A DNA stretch of 64,000 bases from Blepharisma stoltei ATCC 30299 (taxonomy: Eukaryota; Protista; Ciliophora), in NCBI GenBank assembly GCA_965603825.1, contig CBFDEM010000044.1:372001-436000 (forward strand). Reading direction: 5' to 3'. The notes beneath the pieces were generated by a model that saw only the letters and a list, made by a program, of their open reading frames with translations, was not told the DNA's origin and made no database searches. The first letter of the stretch is position 1. The number at the start of each line of letters is the position of its first letter. The translations under genes and the position numbers were made by a program. This document shows, in pieces, positions 34,398 through 46,202 of the stretch.

Positions 34398-35192
34398 ATG
34401 TCGCTCAAGATAAGCAGCTTCAATATACTCAATACTCACAGGTTTTATGAGCAGCGTATCCCTCTAATAAAACGTGCAATCCAAGAAATGAACTGTGATG
34501 TTATAGGCGTTCAAGAAATAAACTATGAAGGAAATAAAGAAGTGTATATAACCCCAGACTATGACTTTAAATTCTCCCCATTAGCAGAATCAATGGGACC
34601 TTGGAATGTTAATGAGATCCCAGAAGCTTATCGATGACTTGAAGGATTTAGAATAGATGGAAATGCTTTTTTAGTTAAGCCAAAAATTAAAGTATTAGCA
34701 GAGGGATTCCATCAATATTTGGACAATTTGCGAAATGCTCAAAGGATGAAAATAAGGGTTAAAGATCAAGAAATATGAATCGTCAATACTCATTTAGACT
34801 GGCAAAGCGATGAAAGCAGGGTAAAAGAAATCGAAGAGCTATTAGATTGAATAAAACCAATGATGGATTTTCCTATTGTTATTACTGGAGATTTTAACGC
34901 CACACCTGACTCTGAAGTATATCGCTTACTTTCAGAGAAGTTTCAGTCTGCACTGTATTCAATGAATGGAAAAGAGCCTGATAAAACTTATCCATCTGAA
35001 CTTTTGGACCATGAGGAAATCATGCGAACATGACATTATGAGCTTTTAGGCCCTAAAGTACCCAGAGTATACGATTATATATGATTCAGAAATATCAAGC
35101 TTAAAGATGCGAAGGTTATAAATAGCATCAAAGAGGGATTATTTTGTCCTAGTGATCATTATCCATTAGTAGCTGAATTTGAATTGAATTAA
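34398..35192 (+). CDS. Endonuclease/exonuclease/phosphatase (EEP) family protein, 264 aa
   Basis: SFNI, DVIGVQE, NTHL, TGDFN, DYI-W(TGA)-F, PSDHYP. Five in-frame TGA; most of the gene is absent from the ORF track. Confidence 0.9.
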
Positions 35193-35992
35193 TATTGCTA
35201 AGTATATCATATGTTTAAATATTTGTAAATTTCAAGCGGAATATAGCATAAATTATTTTCTTGGTATATTTTATGATTTAAGCATTATGCTTAATACTAT
35301 GAATCGAAACGTTTCTGCTTCTCCATGCCATTCTATTTATTATTTAATATAAGATATAGCTCACCATTAAACATAACAGAATTTCCACTTTATATAAGCA
35401 TATTTAATATTAAAAGTAAAATTCTAATTTTAATTTTAAGAAGATGTGAGGTCCTTATAATAAATATGGAATGATGAAATTGTGCTGAGGTTTTTCTGAA
35501 TCTTGATGATTGACTTTCTGACTATTACATACAGAAATAATTTACTAAATAAATCCTCTAATTGCATACAATTCCTTTCTGAAATCTAATTAGATATAGT
35601 TTTAAATAAATACAGATAGGAAGCATCCTTTAGCCAGAAGAAATTTTTATTTTTACTAACTAAGGTTGAGCTTATACAGAAACTCATATAAATTAGCAGC
35701 TTTCATTAAAGTTGTTAAGGCTGCAAATTGCTACCTCTCTACCTGCCTTTAAGTGCAAGTAAACCATTAGGAAATGCGTATTTCGGGATAATTAAGCAAA
35801 ATTTATCCTACTAGTTAGGAATTAAAAAAGCTCTAATTACTTTAGCTTATATAAAGAATATAAAAAGAGATTTCTTAATATTGGATATAGCAAAGAATGA
35901 TTTTATAAATTGCGCTAAGTCTTGAATCTATGTAAACTTTTTAATTATTGTAATAAATTGATGCTCTAAAAATATTCGACAGCGATCATAAT

Positions 35993-37024
35993 ATGTTTAA
36001 TAGCCAGTTATCATACAAAAGTAGTTTAGACCAATTTAAAAGCCAAGACCGTTATTCTTACAGCCCTGGAAATTATCAAAATTCACTCTATGAGTCTTCC
36101 TCAAAATTTCCAAGAAATGAAAGATCATCATTGGAAACGTTTTCTCCTAAACAAACTTTTAGTTCCTTATCAACCTACTCAAAGGCAAGCTATGAAATAG
36201 AATCTGAAGCACTTAAAAGAGATATGGGACGCTTACGCAGCCGCATTGACTTCAACAACTCGGAACATTCTCGCAAAATTGCAGATCTTAAAGATGCTTA
36301 CGAAGAACAATTACGAAATATCCAAAAACAAAAAGAATACGAGCTTAATAGTATTGACAAAAAAATACAATTCAAAGAAATAGATCTGGACGCTTTAAGG
36401 GAAAGAATTGAAAATGAGCAAAGTTCGTTGGCGAAAGAAAAAGCAAATCAAGAGAGAAATACATCGAAATTAAGTATTGATTTAAGAAATACTGCAATAG
36501 AAATATCAGAAATGAGAGGAGAATTTGAAGAAATCAGCCAAAATGACATTGAAAGGAAAAAAATTGAAATTGATCGACTCTTGGATTATCAACAAAGAGA
36601 ATCTGATGCTATCGCTCAAGATCAACAAATGCAATATCAAGATATGCAAAACAGGATATCAAATAAAGAAAAATTAATCAGAAGCTTGGAAAATGAGCTT
36701 AGACAGTTAAGAAAGGACCTTTTATTTAACACTGATGAGCATGAAAATCAAATCGCTATGCTTAAAGAAAAGCTTTATAATGCCAAAAAAGATATTGAAG
36801 TCAATGAAATCGATATTAATAAAATCATTGCGACTAGGGATGGAGCCAGAAATGAAATCCAATACCTATCAAAAGAAGCAACCGCAATGGAAGGAGAGCT
36901 TTCAACCCTTATGAGGAGAAACTCCAACTTAAAAGAAAAATCTGGGAAATTAGGAGAACTCGTTTATGGAAAAAAAGTAAAATCTCCAAACAAATCTCCT
37001 AAGAAAAATAAATTTAATAATTAA
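35993..37024 (+). CDS. Coiled-coil protein
   Basis: 343-aa ORF with an S/Y-rich head and long heptad repeats. Confidence 0.8.
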   Translation: MFNSQLSYKSSLDQFKSQDRYSYSPGNYQNSLYESSSKFPRNERSSLETFSPKQTFSSLSTYSKASYEIESEALKRDMGRLRSRIDFNNSEHSRKIADLKDAYEEQLRNIQKQKEYELNSIDKKIQFKEIDLDALRERIENEQSSLAKEKANQERNTSKLSIDLRNTAIEISEMRGEFEEISQNDIERKKIEIDRLLDYQQRESDAIAQDQQMQYQDMQNRISNKEKLIRSLENELRQLRKDLLFNTDEHENQIAMLKEKLYNAKKDIEVNEIDINKIIATRDGARNEIQYLSKEATAMEGELSTLMRRNSNLKEKSGKLGELVYGKKVKSPNKSPKKNKFNN

Positions 37025-37026
37025 TT

Positions 37027-38172
37027 ATGATTGGAAAGATCCTCAAACCTTTTATAAGAGGTAGAGATATCCGTCGCAAAATATTAGAAGCCCAGCAGAG
37101 AGCTGGATTTCAGAACGAAGACATAAGTGCTAAAGAAATAAAAGCAGAGATGGAAAAAGTAAATATTCCAACATCTCCATCTCGAGGTATGCTTACTATA
37201 TGTCCAACACCAATCGGAAACTTAGACGATATAGCAATTCGCCAATACCAAGCCATAAAAGCAGCTGATATAATTGCATCAGAGGACAACAATCTTGCAT
37301 CTCATTTAGTTCAATCATTATTGCAATATGACTTTTCATCAATCAAAAATACAGAGTTCCCACCACAAGACATATCAAATTTGCCAAATGCTGATGATTC
37401 CGCGAGTGATGCTCATAAGGATTGGAGCGCAGTAAGTATGGTTAGGAAATTTAAAGCGGAGTCTGGAAGAGCTTTATTAGTGAGCTTAAAAGCAACGAAT
37501 GCTTATTCAAATCCACAGCTTAAGCTGATAAGGGCAATGAAATCAGGGGTTAAAGTAGTTTTGCTGGCACCATCAGGGTCACTGCTGACTGGAGCAAGCT
37601 TAAAGCTAGTTTCAGATTCAATAAAAGAAGGAGTCAGCTTAGAAGCACTTCCTGGGCCTGCAGCAGCTATAGTCGCTGTTTGCTCGTCTGGATTTCCTGC
37701 TGATAATTTTTGGTTTGTTGATTATCTTCCTGATCTATTATTTGAAAGAAATCTGAGGCTTGAAACTCTAAAAAAAAGCGAAAGTACTGTAGTCTTTTAT
37801 GAAAAAGCTGATAAAATAGTCAAAACTGTCGAGCAAATCAATAAAATCTATGGAATAAATCGTTTCATGGTTATTGGGCAAAATCTTACAAGAGAAAATG
37901 AAAAGGTTTTTAGAGGGACAGGAGTTAAATTGCTGCAAGAATTAAAGGAATACACAAGCCAAAGCGAAAATAAAAGTGACTTTGTGGTGGTTATATCTCC
38001 GTTTATAAGCAAAGCAGAGAAAGAAGTTTTTGAAGTAAAATTGACACACATTATCAGCACATTAAGGAGCAAGTTAAGTATAACTGAAAAGAATCTAGCA
38101 TTTTTGGTTGAAAAGATGACAGGTGTATCAAGAGTGCGTGCATTGAAGATTCTTAATAAGCTTGAAAAATAA
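37027..38172 (+). CDS. rsmI: RsmI-like rRNA 2'-O-methyltransferase homolog, probably mitochondrial
   Basis: PTPIGNLDDI, ADIIASED, LPGPAA..A..SSGFP, VFYE, LTRENE; basic amphipathic N-terminus. Confidence 0.8.
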   Translation: MIGKILKPFIRGRDIRRKILEAQQRAGFQNEDISAKEIKAEMEKVNIPTSPSRGMLTICPTPIGNLDDIAIRQYQAIKAADIIASEDNNLASHLVQSLLQYDFSSIKNTEFPPQDISNLPNADDSASDAHKDWSAVSMVRKFKAESGRALLVSLKATNAYSNPQLKLIRAMKSGVKVVLLAPSGSLLTGASLKLVSDSIKEGVSLEALPGPAAAIVAVCSSGFPADNFWFVDYLPDLLFERNLRLETLKKSESTVVFYEKADKIVKTVEQINKIYGINRFMVIGQNLTRENEKVFRGTGVKLLQELKEYTSQSENKSDFVVVISPFISKAEKEVFEVKLTHIISTLRSKLSITEKNLAFLVEKMTGVSRVRALKILNKLEK

Positions 38173-38178
38173 TATTAA

Positions 38179-38643
38179 ATGGAAGATCTCCTTCTTAAAA
38201 ATGAATACTCACAGCAAGAGGTCTTAAGAAAAGCCATATCAGATCCACAATCATTACCAACTTACATATGGGAATTAGAAAAATTACTCTCACAGACAAA
38301 CCAACGAATAAATGTCCTTGCTTCCCAATACCATCACAATATCCTTGATCACCAATCTAATCTCCAAGAAATCGGAGTCAATTTAAAATCCCTTCTAAAA
38401 AAAGCTAGATTTTTGCAGTCCCAATCACAAAAAATGAGTAGAGAAATGTCAGAAAGTTATGATAAAATCTGTGAATGTGTAAGGCAACTTGAAAGAGTCC
38501 AAGAAGCCAGCGAGCTAATAAGGAACGCCCAGCAGTTTTTCTTTAAGATCAAAAAAAATAAAAATAAAAAATCACCAGAAATAGAAGAACTTGCACAAAG
38601 CTTAAGAGGTGTTAAAGCAATAGAAAAATTAATGAACAATTAG
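38179..38643 (+). CDS. COG5 N-terminal-domain-like protein (154 aa)
   Basis: Helical pattern ...YHHNILDHQSNL...YDKI....QLERVQEASELIR resembles the COG5 N-terminus. Confidence 0.55.
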   Translation: MEDLLLKNEYSQQEVLRKAISDPQSLPTYIWELEKLLSQTNQRINVLASQYHHNILDHQSNLQEIGVNLKSLLKKARFLQSQSQKMSREMSESYDKICECVRQLERVQEASELIRNAQQFFFKIKKNKNKKSPEIEELAQSLRGVKAIEKLMNN

Positions 38644-38679
38644 GATAATTTTGATAATTTAGCAATAAATCGAGCAAAT

Positions 38680-40227
38680 TTACATCAATTTACATATTTC
38701 ACATGCAGTGGAATTAGCTTCTGCCTCAACAATTATGTCTTCTTTTCGGCTTCTATTGCTAAATCCGCCATAATTCCTTTTCATTGTTCTCACTCCATTG
38801 CTGTCATCTTTTAATTTTGAAAGAATCCTGTGCCTGTGCCCTGGTTTTGATATTTTTATTTCATTTTTCAGAATTTCATCAGTGATTGGCCATCGCGAAT
38901 TCATTAAAGCTAATAAATGCTCTAGGTCATCATATCCTGAATTTTCAAATAAAGGCAAAAGCATGTCTAAGCCTAAAGTAAGCAGCCAATTCCTCAGGGT
39001 TGGAAAAGAAACCCCTTCACTTGTAGGTGTAGCTACGCTGCAGCATCGCCATTTTTGTCTTCTTTTCGAGTTTAAGCTAAAAGGTTTTGGCAATGCATCT
39101 TCATCTAGAGCAGCTAGTAGCCTTTTCCTAAGTCCAGGCTTTTTAACCCCAATTTCTTTAAGTATTTCATCATTAAGCGGCATGGACGATCTCATTTGTT
39201 CACACATCTGCTTAATATCATCGTATCCCGCATTTAATAAAACATCAAAAAGCTCATCTAACTTTGTCATCACAAGCCAATTATACATTTGTGGCTTGTT
39301 TTCTCCTCCAAAAGAAACTTCCCGTTGCTTTTCAACCATAGTCTCGTTTACAAGTTTCTCTGATTCCGGCTCTAAAACTGAGCTTAAGCTTCTATTTAAA
39401 TCAGGCTGAGTTTGCGTTGAATTATGTCGAGAATTTATTGTGAGTCTTTTCCTATTTTTAAGGTCTAAGAATTTAAGCTCATTTGAAGGAGTTGAGTATC
39501 CTGAATTACTCCTAGAGGAGTGAGGACTTAAAGAAATATTTTCAAATGATTGCATCGGAATAGAAGGGATGGTGTCTATAGGGTCGAGGCTTGGCATACA
39601 TAACGGTGAGGTCCTTGTAGACTTTTCAGAAGAGTTTTCAGCAGAAATTTTATGTGTCAAAATTTTTTTCAAGTCATTATTAGGTGCTAGATCCAGAGGA
39701 GTTTTTCCTATTCTATCCTTAATTTCGATAGAAGCTCCATGCTTGATAAGAATTTTAACAATCTTCTCATGGCCGTATTCAACTGAATAGTGTAAGGCTG
39801 CTCTGCCAAATACATAATTCGTGATATTTGGATTAGCTTTATAGCTTAATAGTAAGCTAGTCAGCTTTAAGTCACCTTTAGAAGCAGCATGATGAAGTGG
39901 AGTGTCTCCATCATGCTGCTGATTGTTAGGATCTGCATTATATTCAAGCAAAAGTTTAGCCATCCTGAATTTGCTGTTATCAGCTGCTTGATGCAAAGGA
40001 GTTTCACCTATTTTGCTTGGAATATTCGGACTTGCTCCTTTATCTAATAAAAACTGAGCAACTTCGAAATGACCACAGATAACTGTATGATATAGGGGTG
40101 TCCACCCTAGCTCTGGGTCTATTTGGTTTATGTTGGCTTCTGGGTGAGATAGTGTTTGGTTAAGGAGAAAAAGATCACCTAACCTGCATGCTCTAAAAAT
40201 ATCGTCTTTTACAGATGATTTTTCCAT
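38680..40227 (-). CDS. Ankyrin-repeat plus tandem SAM domain protein with a CaaX box
   Basis: GWTPLY/GETPLH/GDTPLH repeats; two SAM domains (WL..L...F...GYDD..L....KPG.R.R); ends CKLM. Confidence 0.9.
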   Translation of the reverse strand: MEKSSVKDDIFRACRLGDLFLLNQTLSHPEANINQIDPELGWTPLYHTVICGHFEVAQFLLDKGASPNIPSKIGETPLHQAADNSKFRMAKLLLEYNADPNNQQHDGDTPLHHAASKGDLKLTSLLLSYKANPNITNYVFGRAALHYSVEYGHEKIVKILIKHGASIEIKDRIGKTPLDLAPNNDLKKILTHKISAENSSEKSTRTSPLCMPSLDPIDTIPSIPMQSFENISLSPHSSRSNSGYSTPSNELKFLDLKNRKRLTINSRHNSTQTQPDLNRSLSSVLEPESEKLVNETMVEKQREVSFGGENKPQMYNWLVMTKLDELFDVLLNAGYDDIKQMCEQMRSSMPLNDEILKEIGVKKPGLRKRLLAALDEDALPKPFSLNSKRRQKWRCCSVATPTSEGVSFPTLRNWLLTLGLDMLLPLFENSGYDDLEHLLALMNSRWPITDEILKNEIKISKPGHRHRILSKLKDDSNGVRTMKRNYGGFSNRSRKEDIIVEAEANSTACEICKLM

Positions 40228-40891
40228 AGATTTGAAATTATAGCAGTGATCATGATTTTAGGAATTGTTTTGCAGTGCGGTTTATTCAATTTAATCAGAA
40301 AAAGGAAGGATAAAAATTATAGGCATTCCTTTGACTATTTTAGCATATCTATGTGTACAAGAAGAAATAAACACAATTTTTTGCAATTATGATGGAATTC
40401 TTCATTTAAAGCTGAATTATTATAATTTTAAATTTAAAACTCTATTTTCTATTATAATATGATTAATGAAAATTTATAGCTTAAGCTATTGATGCTATAA
40501 TAAATTTATTAGGTCAAGCAGTCTGCGAGTGAGCAAACCCAATTAATTTTTGATATGCTCTTAAAAGTTTTTATCTCTATCTGTTTCAATCTATTTTTTT
40601 CACGAATGTATGCATAAGCTAAAATCAGCTTAATATTCATGTGAATCCATGAATTTTTCAACTTAAATTATTATATATTTTTGCCATAATAAAATTGAAG
40701 TAAAATGATGGTTATATAATAAACCAAGCCTGAAGAAAATTCGAATATGGAAGAATTCTAGATTTAACAAAATTACTTCTTCTGTGCTATAAACAATTAA
40801 TTGAACCATAGCTTACTTAAAATAAATTATTAATTAGCATATGTTTTTACCTAGCTAAAATAGGCAAATAACATTTTGGGTTAATTCGATT

Positions 40892-41140
40892 TTAATTCAA
40901 GATCTGGCATCTTACAAACTTTTGCCGCCTTGATTTCTGCCTTTCTAGCTGTTTGTGTGGAGGGGAACTTTCTTCATTCAATTGATTTTTGCTTTGGTCT
41001 GCCGATTTAAGCAACTCAATATCTGATCGCTTGGTGAAGTAGAGCTTGTTATTTGTTAGTGATTTGACTTCTACGTATTTGCTCAGAGAATAGTTTGGAT
41101 TTACTTTACTGTTTTTAGACTTGGAAGTGTAACAACCCAT
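40892..41140 (-). CDS. Small N-acylated protein (82 aa)
   Basis: First ATG gives MGCYTSKSK, a myristoylation/palmitoylation consensus. Confidence 0.6.
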   Translation of the reverse strand: MGCYTSKSKNSKVNPNYSLSKYVEVKSLTNNKLYFTKRSDIELLKSADQSKNQLNEESSPPHKQLERQKSRRQKFVRCQILN

Positions 41141-41464
41141 AGCTCGATAGTATGGAAAATAATATGGAACAATAGTGGATTCAATATATGGAAGCTGCTT
41201 CTTTTTTTTTAAAAATTTATTGAAATAGTAAGCCAAGCTTCTCACTCTTTTCAATATCGAATAAATTGCATATAAAATGTTTGATAAATAAAAATTTTAT
41301 TGATCACAAAATAATGACTATTCTCTATTAATATATCTATTTCCTCATCTCAGCTATAATTTTCTAAATTTTTATAAGAAAATAAACCACTTCTTTCATA
41401 TTTCCCTCTAAGTAAGAGAGGCTGTAAATGGTTGATGGCTATAATAATTACCTGAGAGCGATAA

Positions 41465-43123
41465 ATGCAACAGCGCCCTAGTGAAACACAAATAGTCGTA
41501 AGCGATCTTCCCCCAAGTGTCACAGAAGCTGACCTTTATCAGCTGGCATCTCAATACGGTCAAGTTGCATACATTAGAGTTCTCAGGCATATTGACACAA
41601 AGACCTCACTTGGAGTCGCATTTATCAACTTTATCGACACCGCAGCAGTTGAGAAAGCAAGGAACGAGATGAATGGGCTAGCTTTCAAAGGCAGAATCAT
41701 CAGAGCTATGAAGTTCAACAAAGAACGCGACCCTGAAGCAAACATTTTCGTCAAAAATATCCACGAGAGTGTCACTTACAAGGATCTTGAAAGCCACTTC
41801 AAGAGCTTCGGAAATATTTTGTCTTCGAAGATCAGCTTTGATGAAAACGGGAACTCCAAAAAGTACGGCTTTGTACAGTTCGAGAAAAAAGAGGCAGCCC
41901 AAGCAGCAATTGCAAACGCAAACGGGTCAGCCCTCAAAGGAAGCGAACTGCAAGTAGCGAAATTTATCCCTATCGGCAGCAGAATGATATCGAGCAACAA
42001 TAACTTGTATGTGAGAGGGTTCGGCGCTGATATGACAGCTGAAAGATTTCACTCAGTCTTTTCTTCCTTTGGAGAAATCACTTCACATGTCATTTTGTCG
42101 AACAGAGCCAGAGATGGCACTGACAGGCACTTTGGGTTCGTCTGCTTTGCCAACCCTGAAAATGCAACAAAGGCCTTAGAAACCTTGAACGGGAAGTCAG
42201 AAGACGGGTTCACCTGGTACATTGCCGTCCACATGAACAAAAAGAAGCGACTTGCAATGCTCAGACAAGAAAACGCCAAAAAGCAAGAAGACTGGAAGAG
42301 AAGAAACGTCTACGTCAGAGGTCTACCTTTAAACATTGATGAAGAAAAACTAAGAAAGCTCTTCGCTGAGTTTGGAGAAATTGAGTCAGTGAGGATTCCA
42401 AAAGTAGAAAACATTAGGTATGAAAACGCAGAAATGATCAAAGAATTCACTGTAAAAGGTGTCGCCTACATTTTATTCGCTCAGCCTCAAGGCGCCACAA
42501 GAGCAGTGCAAGGAATGAGAGATAAGTCAGTAGAGGAAAAGAGATTATATGTAAACCTGTGGAGACCAAGAGAAGAAATTGCCAAAGCTATCAACATCTC
42601 GAAGATGAAGAAGATGCAAAGCTTCATGTTCGACTATGGAATGATGCCTGGACCAATGATGATGCCTGGAAGAGGAAGACAAGCAGCTAAAGCAATGCCT
42701 GGAAGAGGATGGGCTGGTCAGCAGCCAATGGGAAGAGGCAAGCCACAAGCTTTCCCACCTCAGGCCTTCCCTGCTCAAGGGTTCCCTCCTCAGCAAGGAT
42801 TCCCAGTTCAAGTTCCAATTCCACCTCAGCAAGTAGCTCAGCCATTAGTTCCATTGAACTTTGACATTAAGACTTATGAAGTTGCACCACCAGAGTTCAA
42901 GAAGAGAATGCTAGGTGAAGCCTTATACCCAGTCGTGCTAAAGAGTTCAAATACTAAGATCGCAGGGAAGATCACTGGAATGCTGCTAGAAATGGACAAT
43001 CAGGAGCTATTTTTGTTATTAACCAACCCAGAAGGATTGAAATTGAAGGTCGGAGAAGCAGTTGACGTGCTCAGAAGAGCGTGGGAAAATGACCCAGAAA
43101 GCTTGAAGCTCATTGAAGGTTAA
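41465..43123 (+). CDS. PABPC: Cytoplasmic poly(A)-binding protein
   Basis: Four RRMs, a P/Q/M-rich linker and a MLLE domain (KRMLGEALYP..AGKITGMLLEMDN). Confidence 0.95.
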   Translation: MQQRPSETQIVVSDLPPSVTEADLYQLASQYGQVAYIRVLRHIDTKTSLGVAFINFIDTAAVEKARNEMNGLAFKGRIIRAMKFNKERDPEANIFVKNIHESVTYKDLESHFKSFGNILSSKISFDENGNSKKYGFVQFEKKEAAQAAIANANGSALKGSELQVAKFIPIGSRMISSNNNLYVRGFGADMTAERFHSVFSSFGEITSHVILSNRARDGTDRHFGFVCFANPENATKALETLNGKSEDGFTWYIAVHMNKKKRLAMLRQENAKKQEDWKRRNVYVRGLPLNIDEEKLRKLFAEFGEIESVRIPKVENIRYENAEMIKEFTVKGVAYILFAQPQGATRAVQGMRDKSVEEKRLYVNLWRPREEIAKAINISKMKKMQSFMFDYGMMPGPMMMPGRGRQAAKAMPGRGWAGQQPMGRGKPQAFPPQAFPAQGFPPQQGFPVQVPIPPQQVAQPLVPLNFDIKTYEVAPPEFKKRMLGEALYPVVLKSSNTKIAGKITGMLLEMDNQELFLLLTNPEGLKLKVGEAVDVLRRAWENDPESLKLIEG

Positions 43124-43217
43124 TAATACTTAATTTCTTCCTCAAAAATCATTATAACCTAAAATTGGTCTAAGACAAGCCAAATTGACATTCTTTATGA
43201 ATTAATTTTGGTTCAAT

Positions 43218-44183
43218 ATGAACTATGCCTCTACACTAGTTGTATCGAAATTTCAGAAAAAAGCTGATGGATGCAATACGTGTAGCAGCTTAGAAATTCT
43301 GAAGAACTTGGCTTGCAATTCTACATGTTTGGCTGATACAAGAAGTGAAAGAGAAATGATCGCCCAAAAGCTGATAAAATCGCTAGACCAAAACTTTGAT
43401 GTTTTTCTAGAGAAAGGCTTGGATCATAAGCATATGAATTACCAAGAAAGAGTAAATAGCATTGAAGAGAAAATAAGTGAATTGTACGAAGAAAAACGTA
43501 ATAATAAATCTGTAGGACTGAGAAGATATGAAAATAATTTGCAGAGCAGTTCTCTAGTAGATAAGAGACTTAGGGACTTAGAGCAGAAAATGATAGATCT
43601 TGAATATGGGTTGAGCTTAAATGTCGCAGAGCATTATGATAATTTTGATACCGCTCATACAATTCCATTAGAGGTAAATGAGTTTGACCCAGCTGTGGGA
43701 CTGTATCATGACGATCTTAATGACCAACTTATTACTCTTGAAAAATTAAAGCATCTGAATAATTCACATGAAGAATTAATCAATAATTTATTTGAAGAAT
43801 CGAACTTTGAGCAAAAAATGATTGCTTTTAAAGAGGAATGAGATGAATTTAAGTTAAAGATTGATACCATCAATAACCAATTGAAAAATATTCAAGAAAT
43901 GCAAGATGTGTTGTATAAGAAAATCAAAGATCACTATGATTCAATAGCAGAAATAAAAGAAAAGCTTAATAAAATGAAAGAAAAAGAAAAATCATTCAAT
44001 ACTTTAAGCCTAAATTCTCTTATAAATGCAGCAGAAAACATCTTTAAGGGTTATCATTCTTTAAAACACTACCAATCCCAAACTAAAACAAATTTAAATA
44101 GCCACCTTAAGCTACTACAAACGATTCCTCAGCTAAGAAACAAAGCTCAAACTTTCTCGGCCGAATTAAGTAAATTAATGTAA
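43218..44183 (+). CDS. Coiled-coil hypothetical protein (321 aa)
   Basis: Two track ORFs are joined in frame by TGA at 43839-43841. Confidence 0.75.
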
Positions 44184-44215
44184 ATTCTGAAATTATTAAG
44201 TTACAACTAATTCTT

Positions 44216-45004
44216 TTAATTACTTTCAACAGCCCCTTCTTTCCTACATACTGGGCATGCTTCTTTATAGCTCAACCATTTTCCCAGACAATTTTCATGA
44301 AATATATGGTTGCATGACATTAATATTCCTATTCTTTGCCCTATGTTGAAGGCATCCAAACAAATCGCACACATTTCTTCCTTCATTTCTGACGAGTAGA
44401 TTCATATTTTTGGTATCAGCTTTTCTCTTATATTTGCCAAAGTTTGGTATTGCTCAATATATGCTCTAATCACATCGGTACAGCAGCATAAGCTTAAAAA
44501 AATCAGTATTATAGATGTGATGAGAAGAGCAAACAAGTAAATTTGAGGCTCTTCTATTGAAAAACCTTCTCCTTCCAGGTTAGATCCAACAATAAAAAAT
44601 TGGCAAAAGACATCTAAAATTCCTGTTGAGCACAGTTTTCCTATGTAAAGGTAAAATATTGAGTAAATTATTTTGCTGAAATCTGTAACTCCTATTAGAA
44701 GCATCAGTTTCTGCATTATTATGGGGTTCAGTGCTAAAAAGGTATTGGAGAGGATTATTGAGAGCGGAAAGAAAAGAAGGAGCCTTAAAGTATATTTTTG
44801 AGAGGAAAAGGTTGATCCGTCCTTGGTAGCAAGTGTAAGCATGATTGGATTTGTCATACAGCTTAAAGAAAAGAAGGCTAATCCGCAGAACTTGAGAATT
44901 GGTTCTTTAAATTTGGCCGCAAATAAGTAGCATAAAAGCAGACAGTTATAGATGATTATGCTTCCTATTGAACCAAAGAGAGAAAGCCTTTGGGCCCAGT
45001 TCAT
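44216..45004 (-). CDS. Multi-pass membrane RING-H2 E3 ligase
   Basis: TM region, then after TGA at 44402 CAICLDAF...SCNHIFHENCLGKWL....CPVCR. TAA at 44216-44218. Confidence 0.9.
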
Positions 45005-46202
45005 TTAATATTTATGAATTGAATTGATAAATTAATTTAAACGTCATTTCTGATATTAAAAATAGGACTGAAACAATGTGGGATATTTTTAAAGTAGCAG
45101 TTTTTTAGACTAATATGGTGAAAACACTTATATTTGATTTTTCAATATTAATCCTCGAAACACTGATAAATAATATGTTTTATTACGTTTTTTTTAAAGT
45201 CATTACATTTTATATATTTTTTATAAGTGCATTAGGCTACATGCTGAAAGACCTTAAATAACTATTATAAAATAAATTATTTGTCTATGTGCATTAAAAC
45301 ATATCAGATCTTTGCAAAACTATAAAGCTGCATCATAATCAAAAATATCCCAGCTAATACTGCTATGAGAAAAATACATGAGAAATTTTAGTTTATGCAA
45401 TTTCAAAAATATCTATATGTCAAGCATGACCAAAAGCAAGGTCTGATATATGTAAAAATAAAAAATCATATCAAACTTATATCCTACTGCTTTCTCATTT
45501 ATACATTTTTCACACCTGTAGAGGTCTAATATCATTATCATCCTCAGATTTCTCATAAATAAAATCATCTTCAATCTCCCTGATATGCTTAAGATTAGAT
45601 TAAATCCAGTTGCAATTTTGGAAGGAAATCCATATATAGCCATTGCATGTGACAGTTGTAGAGTAGCTGAGCTAATAAGGCAGTTTCTTTCTCAAATTCA
45701 ATTCCATATGATAAAATCTGGTGTGACAATAATCCTCAATAATCACTCAAAGGTCTTAGTCCAATGAAATGCTCAGTTTGAGCTCAGCAGGATATTTTAG
45801 TGATAACTTTATGACTGCTCAGAGTAATATACAACACTTGCTCTGCCTTTATATAAATCTTAAGATTTCAAAAGAAAATGTAGGAACAAATGAAAGTTAA
45901 ATAAATAATTAAAGATGAAGAAATTACAATAATTTTAAGCTTACTCTTTGATCAATCATGTCTGGAATTGCAACACCTTAGCACAACTAAAAAATTGTGC
46001 ATTTCTTCCTTTATTATTAATCGAAATTTCCATGATTTCTCAAATATTTGCTTTCTACCTTCATAAATTCTATGAATTATCAATTTTTGAGCAATCCTCA
46101 TGGCTTCTTTATTTTCAATTTATCAAATCACTATTCTGAGTCATATTATTTCAATTTCTAATATTATACATTTTAGCATAGGCAAAAAAATATATATCCG
46201 AA

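Noticed and set aside
45413-45800. GC-richer patch that looks like a decayed gene on the minus strand
   Set aside because: Multiple stops and no family I can name with confidence.
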